This document shows positions 20,327 to 30,812 of a stretch of 64,000 bases of DNA, in pieces. Origin of the DNA: Gemmatimonadaceae bacterium (GTDB lineage: Bacteria > Gemmatimonadota > Gemmatimonadetes > Gemmatimonadales > Gemmatimonadaceae); NCBI GenBank assembly GCA_044224875.1, contig JBGAJQ010000006.1, positions 1 through 64,000 on the forward strand. Reading direction: 5' to 3'. The notes beneath the pieces are model-generated. The model did no database searches. It saw nothing but the letters and a program-made list of their open reading frames with translations, and was not told where the DNA came from. The stretch's first letter is position 1. Each line of letters opens with the position of its first letter. Position numbers and translations under genes: made by a program.

Positions 20327-20620
20327 CTAACCGGCGATCAAGGCGTGGATCGCCTGCGCACCCACCCCATCCACTTCGACCACCTTCGTCCGGCTCGTCT
20401 GGCCTGCGACCACACGCACGCGCGATCGCGCGACCCGCAATCGATCGGCTAGTAGGTCCACCACCGCGTCGTTGGCTGCGCCGTCAACTGGCGGTGCGTG
20501 GACCCGGACCTTGAGGGCATCACCGTGCAACCCCGCGATTTCGGTACGGCTGGCACGCGGTTGAACCCGCACGCCGAATCGGACGGCAGCCTCGCGCTCG
20601 ACCACCACCAGCGCACTCAC
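20327..20620 (-). CDS. yggU: DUF167 / YggU family protein
   Basis: VRVQPRAS, LKVRVHAPPVDGAAN, GQTSRTK; GTG start overlaps the yggT stop. Confidence 0.9.
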   Translation of the reverse strand: MSALVVVEREAAVRFGVRVQPRASRTEIAGLHGDALKVRVHAPPVDGAANDAVVDLLADRLRVARSRVRVVAGQTSRTKVVEVDGVGAQAIHALIAG

Positions 20621-21198
20621 AGCAACGCCGATTCGATCAGCTGCAACAGGAAGTAGGCGATGATCGGTGTGATGTCCACCATCCCCAAGGTCGGGATGAT
20701 CGCTCGCAATGGTCGAAGGATCGGCTCGGTGAGAACGAACGACCATCGGACCCACGGCGAATACGGTGACAAGCTGGTCCACGACACCACCACGCGAACC
20801 ATCAGCGCGATCTGCAGCAGCGAGAACGTCCAAACCACCGCGACGCGGTACATCCCCCTCGGTCCACCCTCCACGGCGAGCATCGCGGTGATGACCTGAT
20901 CGCGAAGGAACTGGAGCGCGGACAACACCACGATCCCGCCGACCACGGCGAAGACCAATGCCCACCACGGAGCAGTGGACGGCGCGCCGCCAGCGCGAAT
21001 CACGCGACGCTCGATCGGCATGATCGCCGGATCAACACTCTGTCGGAAAAAACGCGCGACCTTTCCGAACGGATTGATGCGTCGTGTGCGCACTGCCCAA
21101 TCGACCGCGCAAACGACGGCCAGAAGGGCAGCGATGCCGAAGAAGGCGACCCGCAGGCCCCCTAATACCGTGTCGAATGCCGCCAACGCGCCGGTCAC
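20617..21198 (-). CDS. yggT: YggT family membrane protein
   Basis: LTEPILRPLRAIIPTLGMVDITPIIA signature; adjacent to yggU. Confidence 0.88.
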   Translation of the reverse strand: MTGALAAFDTVLGGLRVAFFGIAALLAVVCAVDWAVRTRRINPFGKVARFFRQSVDPAIMPIERRVIRAGGAPSTAPWWALVFAVVGGIVVLSALQFLRDQVITAMLAVEGGPRGMYRVAVVWTFSLLQIALMVRVVVSWTSLSPYSPWVRWSFVLTEPILRPLRAIIPTLGMVDITPIIAYFLLQLIESALL

Positions 21199-21243
21199 GA
21201 CTGTAACCTGACCGCCGCTCAGCCTCGCTTCAAGGTGCCCGCG

Positions 21244-22848
21244 CTAGATCGGCCGCTGAGGACGGAACAACAGGCGAATGGTTCCACTCAAGCCACGCAG
21301 CCGAGCCCACAGGGAATCGCCGTGCGCGAGTCGCAGATACCCGTCCATGTTGGGTATGGATGTTGACGAGTAACCGAACCACCACGCCTGTCGCCATGCA
21401 GAGAAGCGATCGTCGATCACGGTGTGAGTGCGAACGCACTCTTCGAGACCGGCGAGCCCGTGCGATCGCCCACTCCCGCTCGCCTTCACGCCACCATGCG
21501 GAACGTCGGCGATACCCGCCACAGCCGCGACGTCGTTGATCATCACGGTCCCCGTCTGCAGCCGCCTCGCGACGCGAATCGCGCGTGCCCGATTGCGACT
21601 CCACACGCTGGCGCTCAAACCGAACGCGCTCGCATTGGAACGTTCAATCGCCTCTTCGGCATCGGCGACTTCCATCACCGGCAACAGTGGGCCAAAGGTC
21701 TCCTCGGCCAGCACGCGCGCGCTCGGGGCTACCTCTGTGAGGAGCGTCGGTGGGAAGGCCGTTTCCGCATTGCCTAACGTGTCGGTCGACGTCGTTTTCG
21801 CGCCTCGCGCCACGGCGTCCTCGAGCTGCGCATCCAGCGCGGCGCGCTGGCTCGGTCGGATCAGTCGCCCGACGTCGTAGTCCTCGCCCGCGTCCGCGCG
21901 TACACGGAGCTTGGCGATTCGCTCGCGCATCGCCGCGACGAACGCGGGGTATGCGGCTCGCTCGACGAACACGCGCTTGGGTGCCACGCACGTCTGCCCG
22001 GCGTTGGCGTACCGCCCCCAGACGATACCACTGGCCGCATGAGCGATGTCTGCGTCATCGAGCACAACGGCGGCATCACTACCGCCAAGTTCCAGCACGC
22101 AGGGCGTGAATCGTTCCGCACAGGCGACGGCCACGCGGCGCCCCGTGTTTACCGATCCGGTGAAGAACACCTTGTCCACGTCGCTGGCAACCAGCGCGGC
22201 CCCAGTGATGCCGTCGCCCTGCGCTACATTGAACACGCCGTCGGGGAGCCCCGAGTCCGCAAACAGGTTCGCCATGAGTTCGGCGCATGCCGGTGTGAAC
22301 TCGGATGGCTTCAACACCACGGTGTTACCTGTCGCCACGGCCGCCAGCGCGACGCCTATTGGCAACATGAATGGGTAGTTCCAGGGCGATACGATGGCGA
22401 TCACGCCAAATGGGTCATGCCGGATCTGCACGCGCTTTCGCCAGAGTGCCAAGCTCTCTGGCGTAAACCATGGTCCGGATGCCAGGCGCGGTGAATGACG
22501 AGTCACGAAGCGCGCCATGTCCAGCGCCACGGCGACCTCTGCGGCCAACGCCTCAGCCACCGGCTTGCCGTTCTCGCGCGATATCGTGCCAGCGACCTCG
22601 AGACGACGCCGATACAATACGCGACGGAACGCTTCGATTCGTGTCATGCGGTCGGCCACACTCGTCGCGCGCCAACGATCGCTGGCGGCGCGGGCGTTTG
22701 CGACGATACCTGCGACCTCCTCGGCGCCTAACGCGGGATATCGACGCCAAACGCTTCCGGTCGCCGCATCACAGGACTCCACGGCGCGCCGAGTGGGGCT
22801 CGACTCCGCCGCGATTGCTGGTGCTGAGGAGGAGAGTGAGGCGCTCAT
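21244..22848 (-). CDS. Aldehyde dehydrogenase family protein
   Basis: SPWNYP, LKPSE, FTGS..G, ELGG, catalytic GQTCVA, EETFGP, FGLSASVW. Confidence 0.93.
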   Translation of the reverse strand: MSASLSSSAPAIAAESSPTRRAVESCDAATGSVWRRYPALGAEEVAGIVANARAASDRWRATSVADRMTRIEAFRRVLYRRRLEVAGTISRENGKPVAEALAAEVAVALDMARFVTRHSPRLASGPWFTPESLALWRKRVQIRHDPFGVIAIVSPWNYPFMLPIGVALAAVATGNTVVLKPSEFTPACAELMANLFADSGLPDGVFNVAQGDGITGAALVASDVDKVFFTGSVNTGRRVAVACAERFTPCVLELGGSDAAVVLDDADIAHAASGIVWGRYANAGQTCVAPKRVFVERAAYPAFVAAMRERIAKLRVRADAGEDYDVGRLIRPSQRAALDAQLEDAVARGAKTTSTDTLGNAETAFPPTLLTEVAPSARVLAEETFGPLLPVMEVADAEEAIERSNASAFGLSASVWSRNRARAIRVARRLQTGTVMINDVAAVAGIADVPHGGVKASGSGRSHGLAGLEECVRTHTVIDDRFSAWRQAWWFGYSSTSIPNMDGYLRLAHGDSLWARLRGLSGTIRLLFRPQRPI

Positions 22849-24236
22849 GCGGCCGCCGTCCAGGAGCTATCCACCCGTACGCGTCGACGTCGCGCCGCGT
22901 GCGCGAGGAGACCTGCCACCTGCCCAGTCACGCCAGCAGCAGCAACACCGACCCACTCGGTCACGGTGAAGGCTGCGCCACCGCACACGATGTGGACGGA
23001 CGCCAGCGCCGACAGGAAGACCGCGAGAATCACCGTCGTCTTGAATCGTCCTTGTACGGTTCGGTCGCGTTGGACGCGCGGCGTCGCCGACAACGCCATC
23101 CAGTACATTGGCGCAAACGACAGAACGCAGAGAAACAAGGCGTTCATCCATTGATAGCTCGCCCCCAACGGCACGTCTCGCGGCATCACGAACGCCCACG
23201 CGACGGCCGGCGACAGGGACACGAAACGTTCGATCTCGCCGGAGGGTCCTCGTGTGTGGAGGTACAGCCCCATGCGCTGCAGACTCGCCTCCAGTTCAAC
23301 GGCGGAACTTTGAGTGACGTCCTCCACGGCATCCAGCCCACGAAATGCCAACGGTAACGCGCCGATCGGGACACGGAATCCCGCGCTGGCCGCGCGCATT
23401 CGCACGCGGTAAACGAAGTCATCACCTTTTCGCCCGATCATGAAGCGCTCGTCCATGGGTGCCGCCAGCCTTGCGATGAGTGCAATGCGCCCGGGTGCCC
23501 GACCGCGCGGTCGTACGACCGCGCGCACGTCGTTGCGGTCGGCAGCCGCAACGTCAGGGGTGAAGACCGGATCAACGGCCGCGAAAGCTTCCAAGGGCAC
23601 ACCGTTGACCTGGAGGGAATCGAGCGACCCCGCGAAGGTGTCATAGCCGTTCTTCTTCGGCAACCACTGCACCCAGTGCACGAGGAACGGGACCTCCGGT
23701 TCCAGCAAGCGGCCTGCGGCGGCTAGCACGGTCACGACCAGGAGCGATCCCAACGCCGCCAGCCGTCTTGCCAGTCTCGTGTTAGGCAGGAGGAGGTCCT
23801 CCCAGCGCGCTACAGCGATGAGGCCGATCGCTCCGCCGATCGAATTTGCCAGCAAGTCTCCGAGCGCCGCGTCGCGGCCGGGCACGACGGTCCACTGAAG
23901 GAGCTCAACCGAAAGGGAAACGGCCGCAGGAATCAGGAACAGCCAAAGACCTCGAGAGCCCCAGAGCCCGATCCCGATTCCCAAGGGCACAAACAAGACC
24001 ACATTGAGGACGAAGTCAGTGCCGCCGAGATCGCCACACAGAATACAGAGTGGGCCGAGGTCGGTTGTTGGCTGCGCCGGTGTCAGCGTAAGCCAACAGA
24101 TCGCCGCAACAGCCGTGACCGTGACGGCAAGCGCTATCCATCGGGCGCGTGACCGGCCATGTTCGAGCAAAGTCAGTGTGCGTGGCAACGCCGTGCGATC
24201 GCTAGTTTCATGGGTCGTTGGGAAAGCTATACGCAA
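22845..24236 (-). CDS. VanZ-like membrane protein with extended soluble C-terminal domain
   Basis: DFVLNVVLFVPLG, SVELLQ..VPGR...GDLLANSIGG VanZ motifs; start uncertain. Confidence 0.75.
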   Translation of the reverse strand: MRIAFPTTHETSDRTALPRTLTLLEHGRSRARWIALAVTVTAVAAICWLTLTPAQPTTDLGPLCILCGDLGGTDFVLNVVLFVPLGIGIGLWGSRGLWLFLIPAAVSLSVELLQWTVVPGRDAALGDLLANSIGGAIGLIAVARWEDLLLPNTRLARRLAALGSLLVVTVLAAAGRLLEPEVPFLVHWVQWLPKKNGYDTFAGSLDSLQVNGVPLEAFAAVDPVFTPDVAAADRNDVRAVVRPRGRAPGRIALIARLAAPMDERFMIGRKGDDFVYRVRMRAASAGFRVPIGALPLAFRGLDAVEDVTQSSAVELEASLQRMGLYLHTRGPSGEIERFVSLSPAVAWAFVMPRDVPLGASYQWMNALFLCVLSFAPMYWMALSATPRVQRDRTVQGRFKTTVILAVFLSALASVHIVCGGAAFTVTEWVGVAAAGVTGQVAGLLAHAARRRRVRVDSSWTAAA

Positions 24237-24279
24237 GAAGGGTGCATCTTGGGGCAGGGAAACCCGTCTGTGCCCCGCA

Positions 24280-25821
24280 TTGAAACCACGACCACGCGCC
24301 TTGCGACTCTACATACCCACCGAACGTCCCCGCTTTGGCATCGCCGCGTACTTGCTGGCGCTGCTGCCATTCGCGGTGCTCGCCGTGCACCAATGGGGGT
24401 TCTTGCCGCGCATGAGCGACGGCGACTACGCGCAGTATATCCTCCATGCGAAGGCGCTAGTCGAAGGAAGGGGCTACACGGACACGGGTTACATCTTCAC
24501 TCCCTTCTCCTTCCTGGTCGGACCGCCAGCACAACCCCCGGGCCTCCCGCTCTTGCTGGCTCCACTGGTGGCTCTTTTTGGCGCCAACCTTTTTGTCCTC
24601 AAATCGGTGGTGGTGCTTTCAGCGATGGCCTACTCGCTGATTGCGGCAAACTATTTCGGACGCCGCGAGAACCTGTGGGTTGGTGCAACGGTCGCTCTGG
24701 TAACCTCGCTGGCCCTGCAGACGCAAAATGCAACGATTTCGGTCATTGCAGATCTCCCGTTCTCGGCAGCTTGCTGGTGGCTGATCACGCTCGCCGACCG
24801 CCAAGGCGCGTGGACGGGGTACCGAGCAGCCGTGGTCACCATGCTTGGAGGCGTTGCCGTTGCCTTCCGCGTTGCTGGTGCAGCAGCCGGCCTTGCCGTG
24901 CTCCTTTTTGCACTCTTGCGTCCGCCAGCGCAGAAGCGCGCCGCGTCGCTCCCGCTGGTGCTTTGGTTCGTCGGGGGGGTGGCTGCGGTCATGCTGTTTG
25001 GACATCTCATCCCGTTCTCCAAACAGCTGCTGCAGCTCCCACAGGCGAATCTCACGGCGCGTGCCTTGAGTTTCGCGCGCGAAGGCAAGGAAGCGGTGCT
25101 CCACTCGCTCCTCTATCCATTCGCCGGCGACACCGCCAACGACGTGTATCACGGGATCTTTCTCATTCCGCTGCTGATCGGCGGAATTCGTTTCTTGGTG
25201 CGCTATCGTCGAACCTTTGCGTGGTGCTTCCTGCTTGCATACGTGTTCGTGTTGGCCGTGTCGCCAGTGCAGGAAGCGCGCTACATCTGGCCATTGTACC
25301 CGATCATGGCGTACGCTTTGGTGAGCGGCCTGATCACGTTGATTCAGTCGGTAAGTCGCGTGATGTCACAGCAGGATCGTGCGCCCCTCGCAGCGTTTGG
25401 CATCATTGCGGTGCTTGGAGCTCTCTCGACGACACACGCCTTCCGCGAACCACCGCCGCCGTCTTTTCTGGGGCACCCCGATGTGCAGTCTCTCTTCTCC
25501 TGGCTGGAGCAAGACAACCAGCGCACGCCCGAACGCGTGGTCTTCGTGAACCCACGAGTCCTCACGTTGTCCACGAGCGTTCCGGCTATGGCGCCCATCT
25601 ACGCCCGACCGGAGCGCGTCCTGAGCGAGTTGGAGAAGCGGCGCATAACGGCTGTGATCGTTGGCGACCTTGGGTTAGCTGAGACACCGGACCGCGTGAT
25701 GCGCGATTTCATTCGGGACACACCGGAGCGGTTCGAGTCGGTGTACGCGAACCCGAGTTTCCGCGTGTTTCGATTTCTCCCGAAGAGGGGCGCGCCGGTC
25801 GCCCCGGCCACCGGTCGGTGA
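24280..25821 (+). CDS. Polytopic GT-C (PMT/ArnT/GT39-like) membrane glycosyltransferase
   Basis: DGDYAQY first loop, PPGLPLLLAP, ADLPF, ARYIWP, about 11 TM; start inferred (ORF opens at 24004). Confidence 0.65.
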   Translation: MKPRPRALRLYIPTERPRFGIAAYLLALLPFAVLAVHQWGFLPRMSDGDYAQYILHAKALVEGRGYTDTGYIFTPFSFLVGPPAQPPGLPLLLAPLVALFGANLFVLKSVVVLSAMAYSLIAANYFGRRENLWVGATVALVTSLALQTQNATISVIADLPFSAACWWLITLADRQGAWTGYRAAVVTMLGGVAVAFRVAGAAAGLAVLLFALLRPPAQKRAASLPLVLWFVGGVAAVMLFGHLIPFSKQLLQLPQANLTARALSFAREGKEAVLHSLLYPFAGDTANDVYHGIFLIPLLIGGIRFLVRYRRTFAWCFLLAYVFVLAVSPVQEARYIWPLYPIMAYALVSGLITLIQSVSRVMSQQDRAPLAAFGIIAVLGALSTTHAFREPPPPSFLGHPDVQSLFSWLEQDNQRTPERVVFVNPRVLTLSTSVPAMAPIYARPERVLSELEKRRITAVIVGDLGLAETPDRVMRDFIRDTPERFESVYANPSFRVFRFLPKRGAPVAPATGR

Positions 25822-27212
25822 ACGGACCTCCGATGAACGATGACCGCGTCGCCCCCCGACCCGCGGTGGGGGTCACGACGCTCTTTCGTCAGCTACAACG
25901 CAATCTCGTCGGAGAAGGCGTGGGCGCCGTGCTGGCGAGCGGCGCGGTGCGTTCGACATTGGTGGCAGTCTCTGGCGCGGCGGCTTCCTTCGTCGCGCAA
26001 GTCATCCTGGCGCGGGTGATGGGGCAGAGTGCGTACGGTGCGTACGCCCTGGCGCTGGCGTTCATGAACGCGGCGCTACTCGTCGGCAAGCTGGAAATCG
26101 ACAACGTGGGCGTGCGATTTGCCGGCGCATACGCAGCCCAACGGCGATGGTCGCTACTGCGCGGGTACATGCGCGACAGCCAGCTGGCCACGCTACTGAC
26201 GTCCGTCGCGTGCGCCCTCGTGAGCACGGCCCTGATCTGGTACGCCTTCGACTGGTTTTGGGCCAAGCAGCCGGGGTTGCCGTGGGCCCTCTGGATGGCG
26301 TGCGCGCTACTGCCCGTGACGGCAATCCTCACGGTACATGCCGCCTTCCTCCAAGGATTCCAGCAGTACCTGTCATCGCAGCTCGCACCGAACCTGCTCC
26401 GCCCAGTTCTGCTGGGAGTGATCATCTTCATTTGGTGGAGAGTTGCGGGGACGCGTTTGCCGCCTTGGGTCGGTGTCTCCGCCAACCTTGGCGCCTCGGT
26501 CGCCGCCATGATCTACGCGGCGGTCATGCTCCGGCGTGCCACACCGGTCGAGGTGCGTGATGCGCCGATCGAGCGTGATCGTACGGACTGGATTCGCACC
26601 ACCAGTCCATTGCTCCTGGTGTCGATCGCCCAGCTGATCATTTCGCAGCAGGCCGACCTGATCGTGGTGGGCGCGATCACAGACGCTCGTCAGGTTGCCG
26701 AGTACAGCGCTGCGAGCCAGCTCACCATCCCACTGAACATCGTCGTCAGCTCCGTCACGTTCGTCGCACAAGCGATGATCGCCGACCTGTACGCGCGCGG
26801 AGACCATGCTGGCTTGCAGTCGTTGATCCGCGCCGTGACGAGGGCCAACGCCGCCGTGGCGCTGCCTGTCATGCTGGTCGTGGTGGTTGCCGGACACCTG
26901 TTGTTGCGGCTGTATGGTCCGGCGTATGTCTCGGCGTATCCCGTCCTGCTGATCCTGATGTGCGCTCAGTTGGTGGTGGCGCTCAGTGGGTCGCTGGCCG
27001 GCTACCTGCTGACGATGACGCGGCACCAGAACGCGGCGGCCTGGATTATTGGAGGCGCCGCCGTGCTTAACCTCCTTCTCACCCTGATCCTGACGCCGCG
27101 TTACGGCATCCAAGGCACGGCGACGGCAACCTTGCTGGCCGCCCTGGCACGCGGGCTCGCGTTGACGATCTTCATCAAGCGCGTGATGGGCCTTCGCGTT
27201 CCCGCGTTCTAG
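25818..27212 (+). CDS. Oligosaccharide flippase (Wzx/MOP superfamily)
   Basis: LARVMG..AYGAY, QADLIVVG, AEYSAA, LLRLYG, many TM segments. Confidence 0.85.
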   Translation: MNGPPMNDDRVAPRPAVGVTTLFRQLQRNLVGEGVGAVLASGAVRSTLVAVSGAAASFVAQVILARVMGQSAYGAYALALAFMNAALLVGKLEIDNVGVRFAGAYAAQRRWSLLRGYMRDSQLATLLTSVACALVSTALIWYAFDWFWAKQPGLPWALWMACALLPVTAILTVHAAFLQGFQQYLSSQLAPNLLRPVLLGVIIFIWWRVAGTRLPPWVGVSANLGASVAAMIYAAVMLRRATPVEVRDAPIERDRTDWIRTTSPLLLVSIAQLIISQQADLIVVGAITDARQVAEYSAASQLTIPLNIVVSSVTFVAQAMIADLYARGDHAGLQSLIRAVTRANAAVALPVMLVVVVAGHLLLRLYGPAYVSAYPVLLILMCAQLVVALSGSLAGYLLTMTRHQNAAAWIIGGAAVLNLLLTLILTPRYGIQGTATATLLAALARGLALTIFIKRVMGLRVPAF

Positions 27213-27227
27213 CGCAGGACGAGAGCG

Positions 27228-28286
27228 TTAGGCAGGACCCGCGGTGCCGCGCCGCTTGGGGATGAATTCGGAGACGCCCGCCAACCAGCTGTCGAACTCG
27301 AGCGCCGTGAGTGCGGTCGTATCGACGAGCCGCGGAAGCATGAGCGGGTCGTCTGCCTTGGAGGCAAGACCAACAAAGCACGTGGTGGCCGATTCAACGA
27401 AGGACTCGCGCAGCCAGGGCAGGAATGCCGGGTTCGTGACGCCGCTGGGGTAGCAGAAGTGGACCTTCTCGCGAGCGGGTCCGGCGCCAATGCGCTCCAG
27501 GCTTCCGCGGTTGTCGGCGATCTCGCGCGTGAACAACTCCCGGTCCACCGGCACACGGTGTCGATGCGTATGGAGCTGGACATCGATGAGATCCCGTGGG
27601 AGCGCCGCCACTTCGGCGGGCGTCATCAGGTGGAAGAGCCGCTGCCTGACGAGCGTTTCGTAGTCCACCTCGCATCGCGTCGCGATCACGTGCAGGACCT
27701 CGTCCTTGGCGTCGGCCGTCAGGTCGTGCTCGCGGGAAAAGTTGTACACGTCGACGGCGGCGCGGGTAGCGCCGGCACGCGTGCGCAGATCGAGTGAATG
27801 ACCGTGAGAGGTGATGCCGGCCCCGTCGATGACTCGGCCGCGTCCACGCCACAGCAAGTAGTTGCTCATGGTATCGAACACTGGCCCGCCACGCTCGGCG
27901 TAGTACGTCGTGAGGTAGACCGTTGCCGGCATGTTGAACTCGCGCAGGATCGGCACGGCCACCGAGGAGAAATCGTGGGCGCCGTCGTCGAACGTGAGTG
28001 TCACCGCGCGCGGCGGAAGTGTTCCGGCGTACAAACGCTGTACCGCCACGTCAAACGGCAGCACGGGGTACCCACCGTCGCGCAGCGCGGCCAGTCGCTC
28101 GCGCAGCAGGTGTGGAGGCATGTAGAGCGAGGGACTCCACTCGTGCTCATCCGCCAGCGAGATGCCGTGGTACGCGATGATCAGCAGTCGCTGTTCCCGC
28201 CATTGACTGTCGCGGACGCGGGCTGTGATCCCCGCCGTTCGAGCCAGCGTCAACGCCGACAGCTTGGCCGTCTTGTAGAGCGACAT
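27228..28286 (-). CDS. Polysaccharide deacetylase (CE4/NodB-like)
   Basis: IIAYH, LTFDDG, ATVYLTT, LHTHRH, FCYPSG. Confidence 0.88.
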   Translation of the reverse strand: MSLYKTAKLSALTLARTAGITARVRDSQWREQRLLIIAYHGISLADEHEWSPSLYMPPHLLRERLAALRDGGYPVLPFDVAVQRLYAGTLPPRAVTLTFDDGAHDFSSVAVPILREFNMPATVYLTTYYAERGGPVFDTMSNYLLWRGRGRVIDGAGITSHGHSLDLRTRAGATRAAVDVYNFSREHDLTADAKDEVLHVIATRCEVDYETLVRQRLFHLMTPAEVAALPRDLIDVQLHTHRHRVPVDRELFTREIADNRGSLERIGAGPAREKVHFCYPSGVTNPAFLPWLRESFVESATTCFVGLASKADDPLMLPRLVDTTALTALEFDSWLAGVSEFIPKRRGTAGPA

Positions 28287-28357
28287 ACCGTCCCGAGAGT
28301 CCAGGAATTCCAGTTCGTGCCTAGCGCGACGCGGACCTGATGCGTCCGATCATGGCG

Positions 28358-29320
28358 CTACTGCCCGCTTGTGGCAAGCGCAGGCTCCTGGGCTACCGTC
28401 CATTGCCAGAGCCGCTGCACACCGTCCCGAAGCGAGACCGTCGGCTCGTATCCAAGCACCGCTCGTGCGCGTTCAAGGCTCGCCAGTGAATCCCTGATGT
28501 CTCCGGCACGCTCGGCGCGATGCTCCACGCGAATCGGGCGCCCCGACACCTCTTCCACCAACCGTACCAGCTGCAACAACGTGGTTTGCTCGCCAGCACC
28601 AACGTTCACGCACCAACCACTCACTTGCGCCGCGGCACCCGTCGCGGCCAGCATATTGGCGGACACCACGTTGTCGATGTACGTGAAGTCGCGGGTCTGC
28701 AACCCGTCGCCATAGATCGGCATCGGAGCACCGGACGTCGCGGCGCGCATCACTAATGGAATCACGGCCGCGTACGGGCCATTCGGATCTTGCCGCGGTC
28801 CAAAGACGTTGAAGTAGCGCAGGGCAACACCTTCCACCAAGCCCGCGCGCGCATAAGCCAACGTGTAGACCTCACCCGCCAATTTCGCCGCCGCGTAGGG
28901 CGACTTCGGCAGCGGCTCAGCATCTTCGGTCTTCGGAAGCGTCGGCGTCTCGCCGTATGCGGAACTGGAGGCCGAATACACGAATCGACGAACCCCGTGC
29001 CGACGCGCGGCGTCCAGCAGGTAAAACGTCGCGTTCACATTGGAGTCGTGCGTGCCGAGCGGGTCAACCATGGATCGGGGAACGCTCGACATGGCGGCAA
29101 GATGGAAGATCACCTCTACGCCGTCGGCTGCGCGCTCTGAAACGCTCGGATCCCGCAGGTCTTCCTGTCGAAATTCGATGTGATCGAGAACGTCCGACAG
29201 GTTGCGGATGAACCCGGTTGACAGGTTATCCACGACACGCACTTCCCATCCCATATCCAGCAGTCGCCGAGTCAGGTGCGACCCGATAAAACCTGCACCG
29301 CCGGTAAGTAATGCCTTCAT
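28358..29320 (-). CDS. NAD-dependent nucleotide-sugar epimerase (SDR, WbpP/GalE-like)
   Basis: TGGAGFIG, DNLSTG, SASSSAYG, YAAAK, LRYFNVFGPRQDP, TRDFTY. Confidence 0.93.
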   Translation of the reverse strand: MKALLTGGAGFIGSHLTRRLLDMGWEVRVVDNLSTGFIRNLSDVLDHIEFRQEDLRDPSVSERAADGVEVIFHLAAMSSVPRSMVDPLGTHDSNVNATFYLLDAARRHGVRRFVYSASSSAYGETPTLPKTEDAEPLPKSPYAAAKLAGEVYTLAYARAGLVEGVALRYFNVFGPRQDPNGPYAAVIPLVMRAATSGAPMPIYGDGLQTRDFTYIDNVVSANMLAATGAAAQVSGWCVNVGAGEQTTLLQLVRLVEEVSGRPIRVEHRAERAGDIRDSLASLERARAVLGYEPTVSLRDGVQRLWQWTVAQEPALATSGQ

Positions 29321-29633
29321 AGACAAGTGTGGAAAGAGGACTTCGACAGGTCGGTCGAATAGTGTAGCCGCGCTGCCGTAGAGCAAAGCGCGGTCCAACA
29401 CGAAACGCAGAATTTGCCTAACTTTAAGCGAGCGGAAGCGCTGAGTTAGGGACGGGTAATTCCTTGTCCGGCAACAGGTCGGGACTGGTCATGTGGCGAA
29501 CTCGCCACCGATGTCGTCTTTCCGCTACAATGCACGTGGGTCATCGGGTCAGGCGCTTGCCGTTAGCCCACGCTCAGGCGGCGGGCCCATGTCTTGCCCT
29601 CTCCCACCCAGTTTTCCTTGCACCGCGCGCTAC

Positions 29634-30743
29634 GTGATCGCATTCGCACTCCTTTGCTTTGCCACCGTTGTATTTACGTGGATCGGCTACCCACTTCTGG
29701 TAGCCGCGCTGGCGGCCTTTCGCACCACCTCACCGGATAATCAGCCGCCAATTCCGCCACGCGTTTCGGTCATTCTCGCGACCATTGGTGACGACGAGGC
29801 TATCGAGCAGCGACTCGCTGACCTCGAGCGGACCCAGTACACACACCAGCGACTCGAGGTCGTCGTCGCACTGGACGCGCGGCGAGCGACGAGTGCCGCG
29901 GGACTCAAGCCACGTCAGTTCCCCGTGCGTGTCGTGCAGGGTGACGCTCCGGGCGGAAAGGCCTTGGCCTTGAATGCGGGTGTTCGCGCGGCAGCTGGCG
30001 AGCACCTCGTCTTCACCGACGTGGCCCAGCAATTCGAACCAGACACCATCTCCCGTCTGGTTGCGGCGCTCGAAGCGGACTCCCGACTCGGCGCGGTATC
30101 GGGCGCACTGCACATCGGCGGCGCCCCAGGTCGCTTTTCGATAGCCAACAGGTACTGGCAGCTCGAGCGCTGGCTCCGCCGCAATGAGGCGCGTGTGCAT
30201 TCGGCGGTCGGTGTGACGGGCGCCGTCTATGCCATGCAGCGAATGCTCTGGGTCCCGCTGCCCGATGGGCTGATCCTGGACGATCTGTACACACCGATGC
30301 AGTTGGTGCTGCGCGGCTACCGGGTGGGGTTTGACGAGCGGGCGCTCGCCCACGACGGCCGTCACTTTGCGCCGCGTGAGGAATACCGTCGTAAGGCGCG
30401 CACGCTCACGGGCGTGTTGCAACTGTGTGCCTGGCTTCCGGCGGTGATGGTGCCGACGCGCAATCCGATCTGGCTCCAATTCATGAGTCACAAGCTGTTG
30501 CGCCTGGCGACACCGTACCTCCTCGCCTTAGGCATACTGGCGGTGCTCTGGCGCGCGATGTCGGGCCAGGTGGGATCGTACCCGGGGTGGATGGTGGCCG
30601 CTGTGCTGACCGTCGCCATCGTGCCGTCGCTGATCAGCCGTCGCGTGCGCGAAGGGGTGTCCGGGGCCGCCTACATGCAACTGGCGGCCGTGAAGGCCAC
30701 GGTCAACGCGTTTCGGGGACACTGGGATGTGTGGCAGAGCTGA
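29634..30743 (+). CDS. GT2-family glycosyltransferase (membrane-anchored)
   Basis: N-terminal TM with WIGYP, GKALALN, FTDV, GAVYAM, LDDL, RRKART, SHKLLR; start uncertain (ORF opens at 29493). Confidence 0.85.
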   Translation: MIAFALLCFATVVFTWIGYPLLVAALAAFRTTSPDNQPPIPPRVSVILATIGDDEAIEQRLADLERTQYTHQRLEVVVALDARRATSAAGLKPRQFPVRVVQGDAPGGKALALNAGVRAAAGEHLVFTDVAQQFEPDTISRLVAALEADSRLGAVSGALHIGGAPGRFSIANRYWQLERWLRRNEARVHSAVGVTGAVYAMQRMLWVPLPDGLILDDLYTPMQLVLRGYRVGFDERALAHDGRHFAPREEYRRKARTLTGVLQLCAWLPAVMVPTRNPIWLQFMSHKLLRLATPYLLALGILAVLWRAMSGQVGSYPGWMVAAVLTVAIVPSLISRRVREGVSGAAYMQLAAVKATVNAFRGHWDVWQS

Positions 30744-30812
30744 CCACATGCCCCGTTACCTAACGGCGCGGATGTCAAGGGACCGATTCCCATACGCTGC
30801 GAGCGGCGAGCG

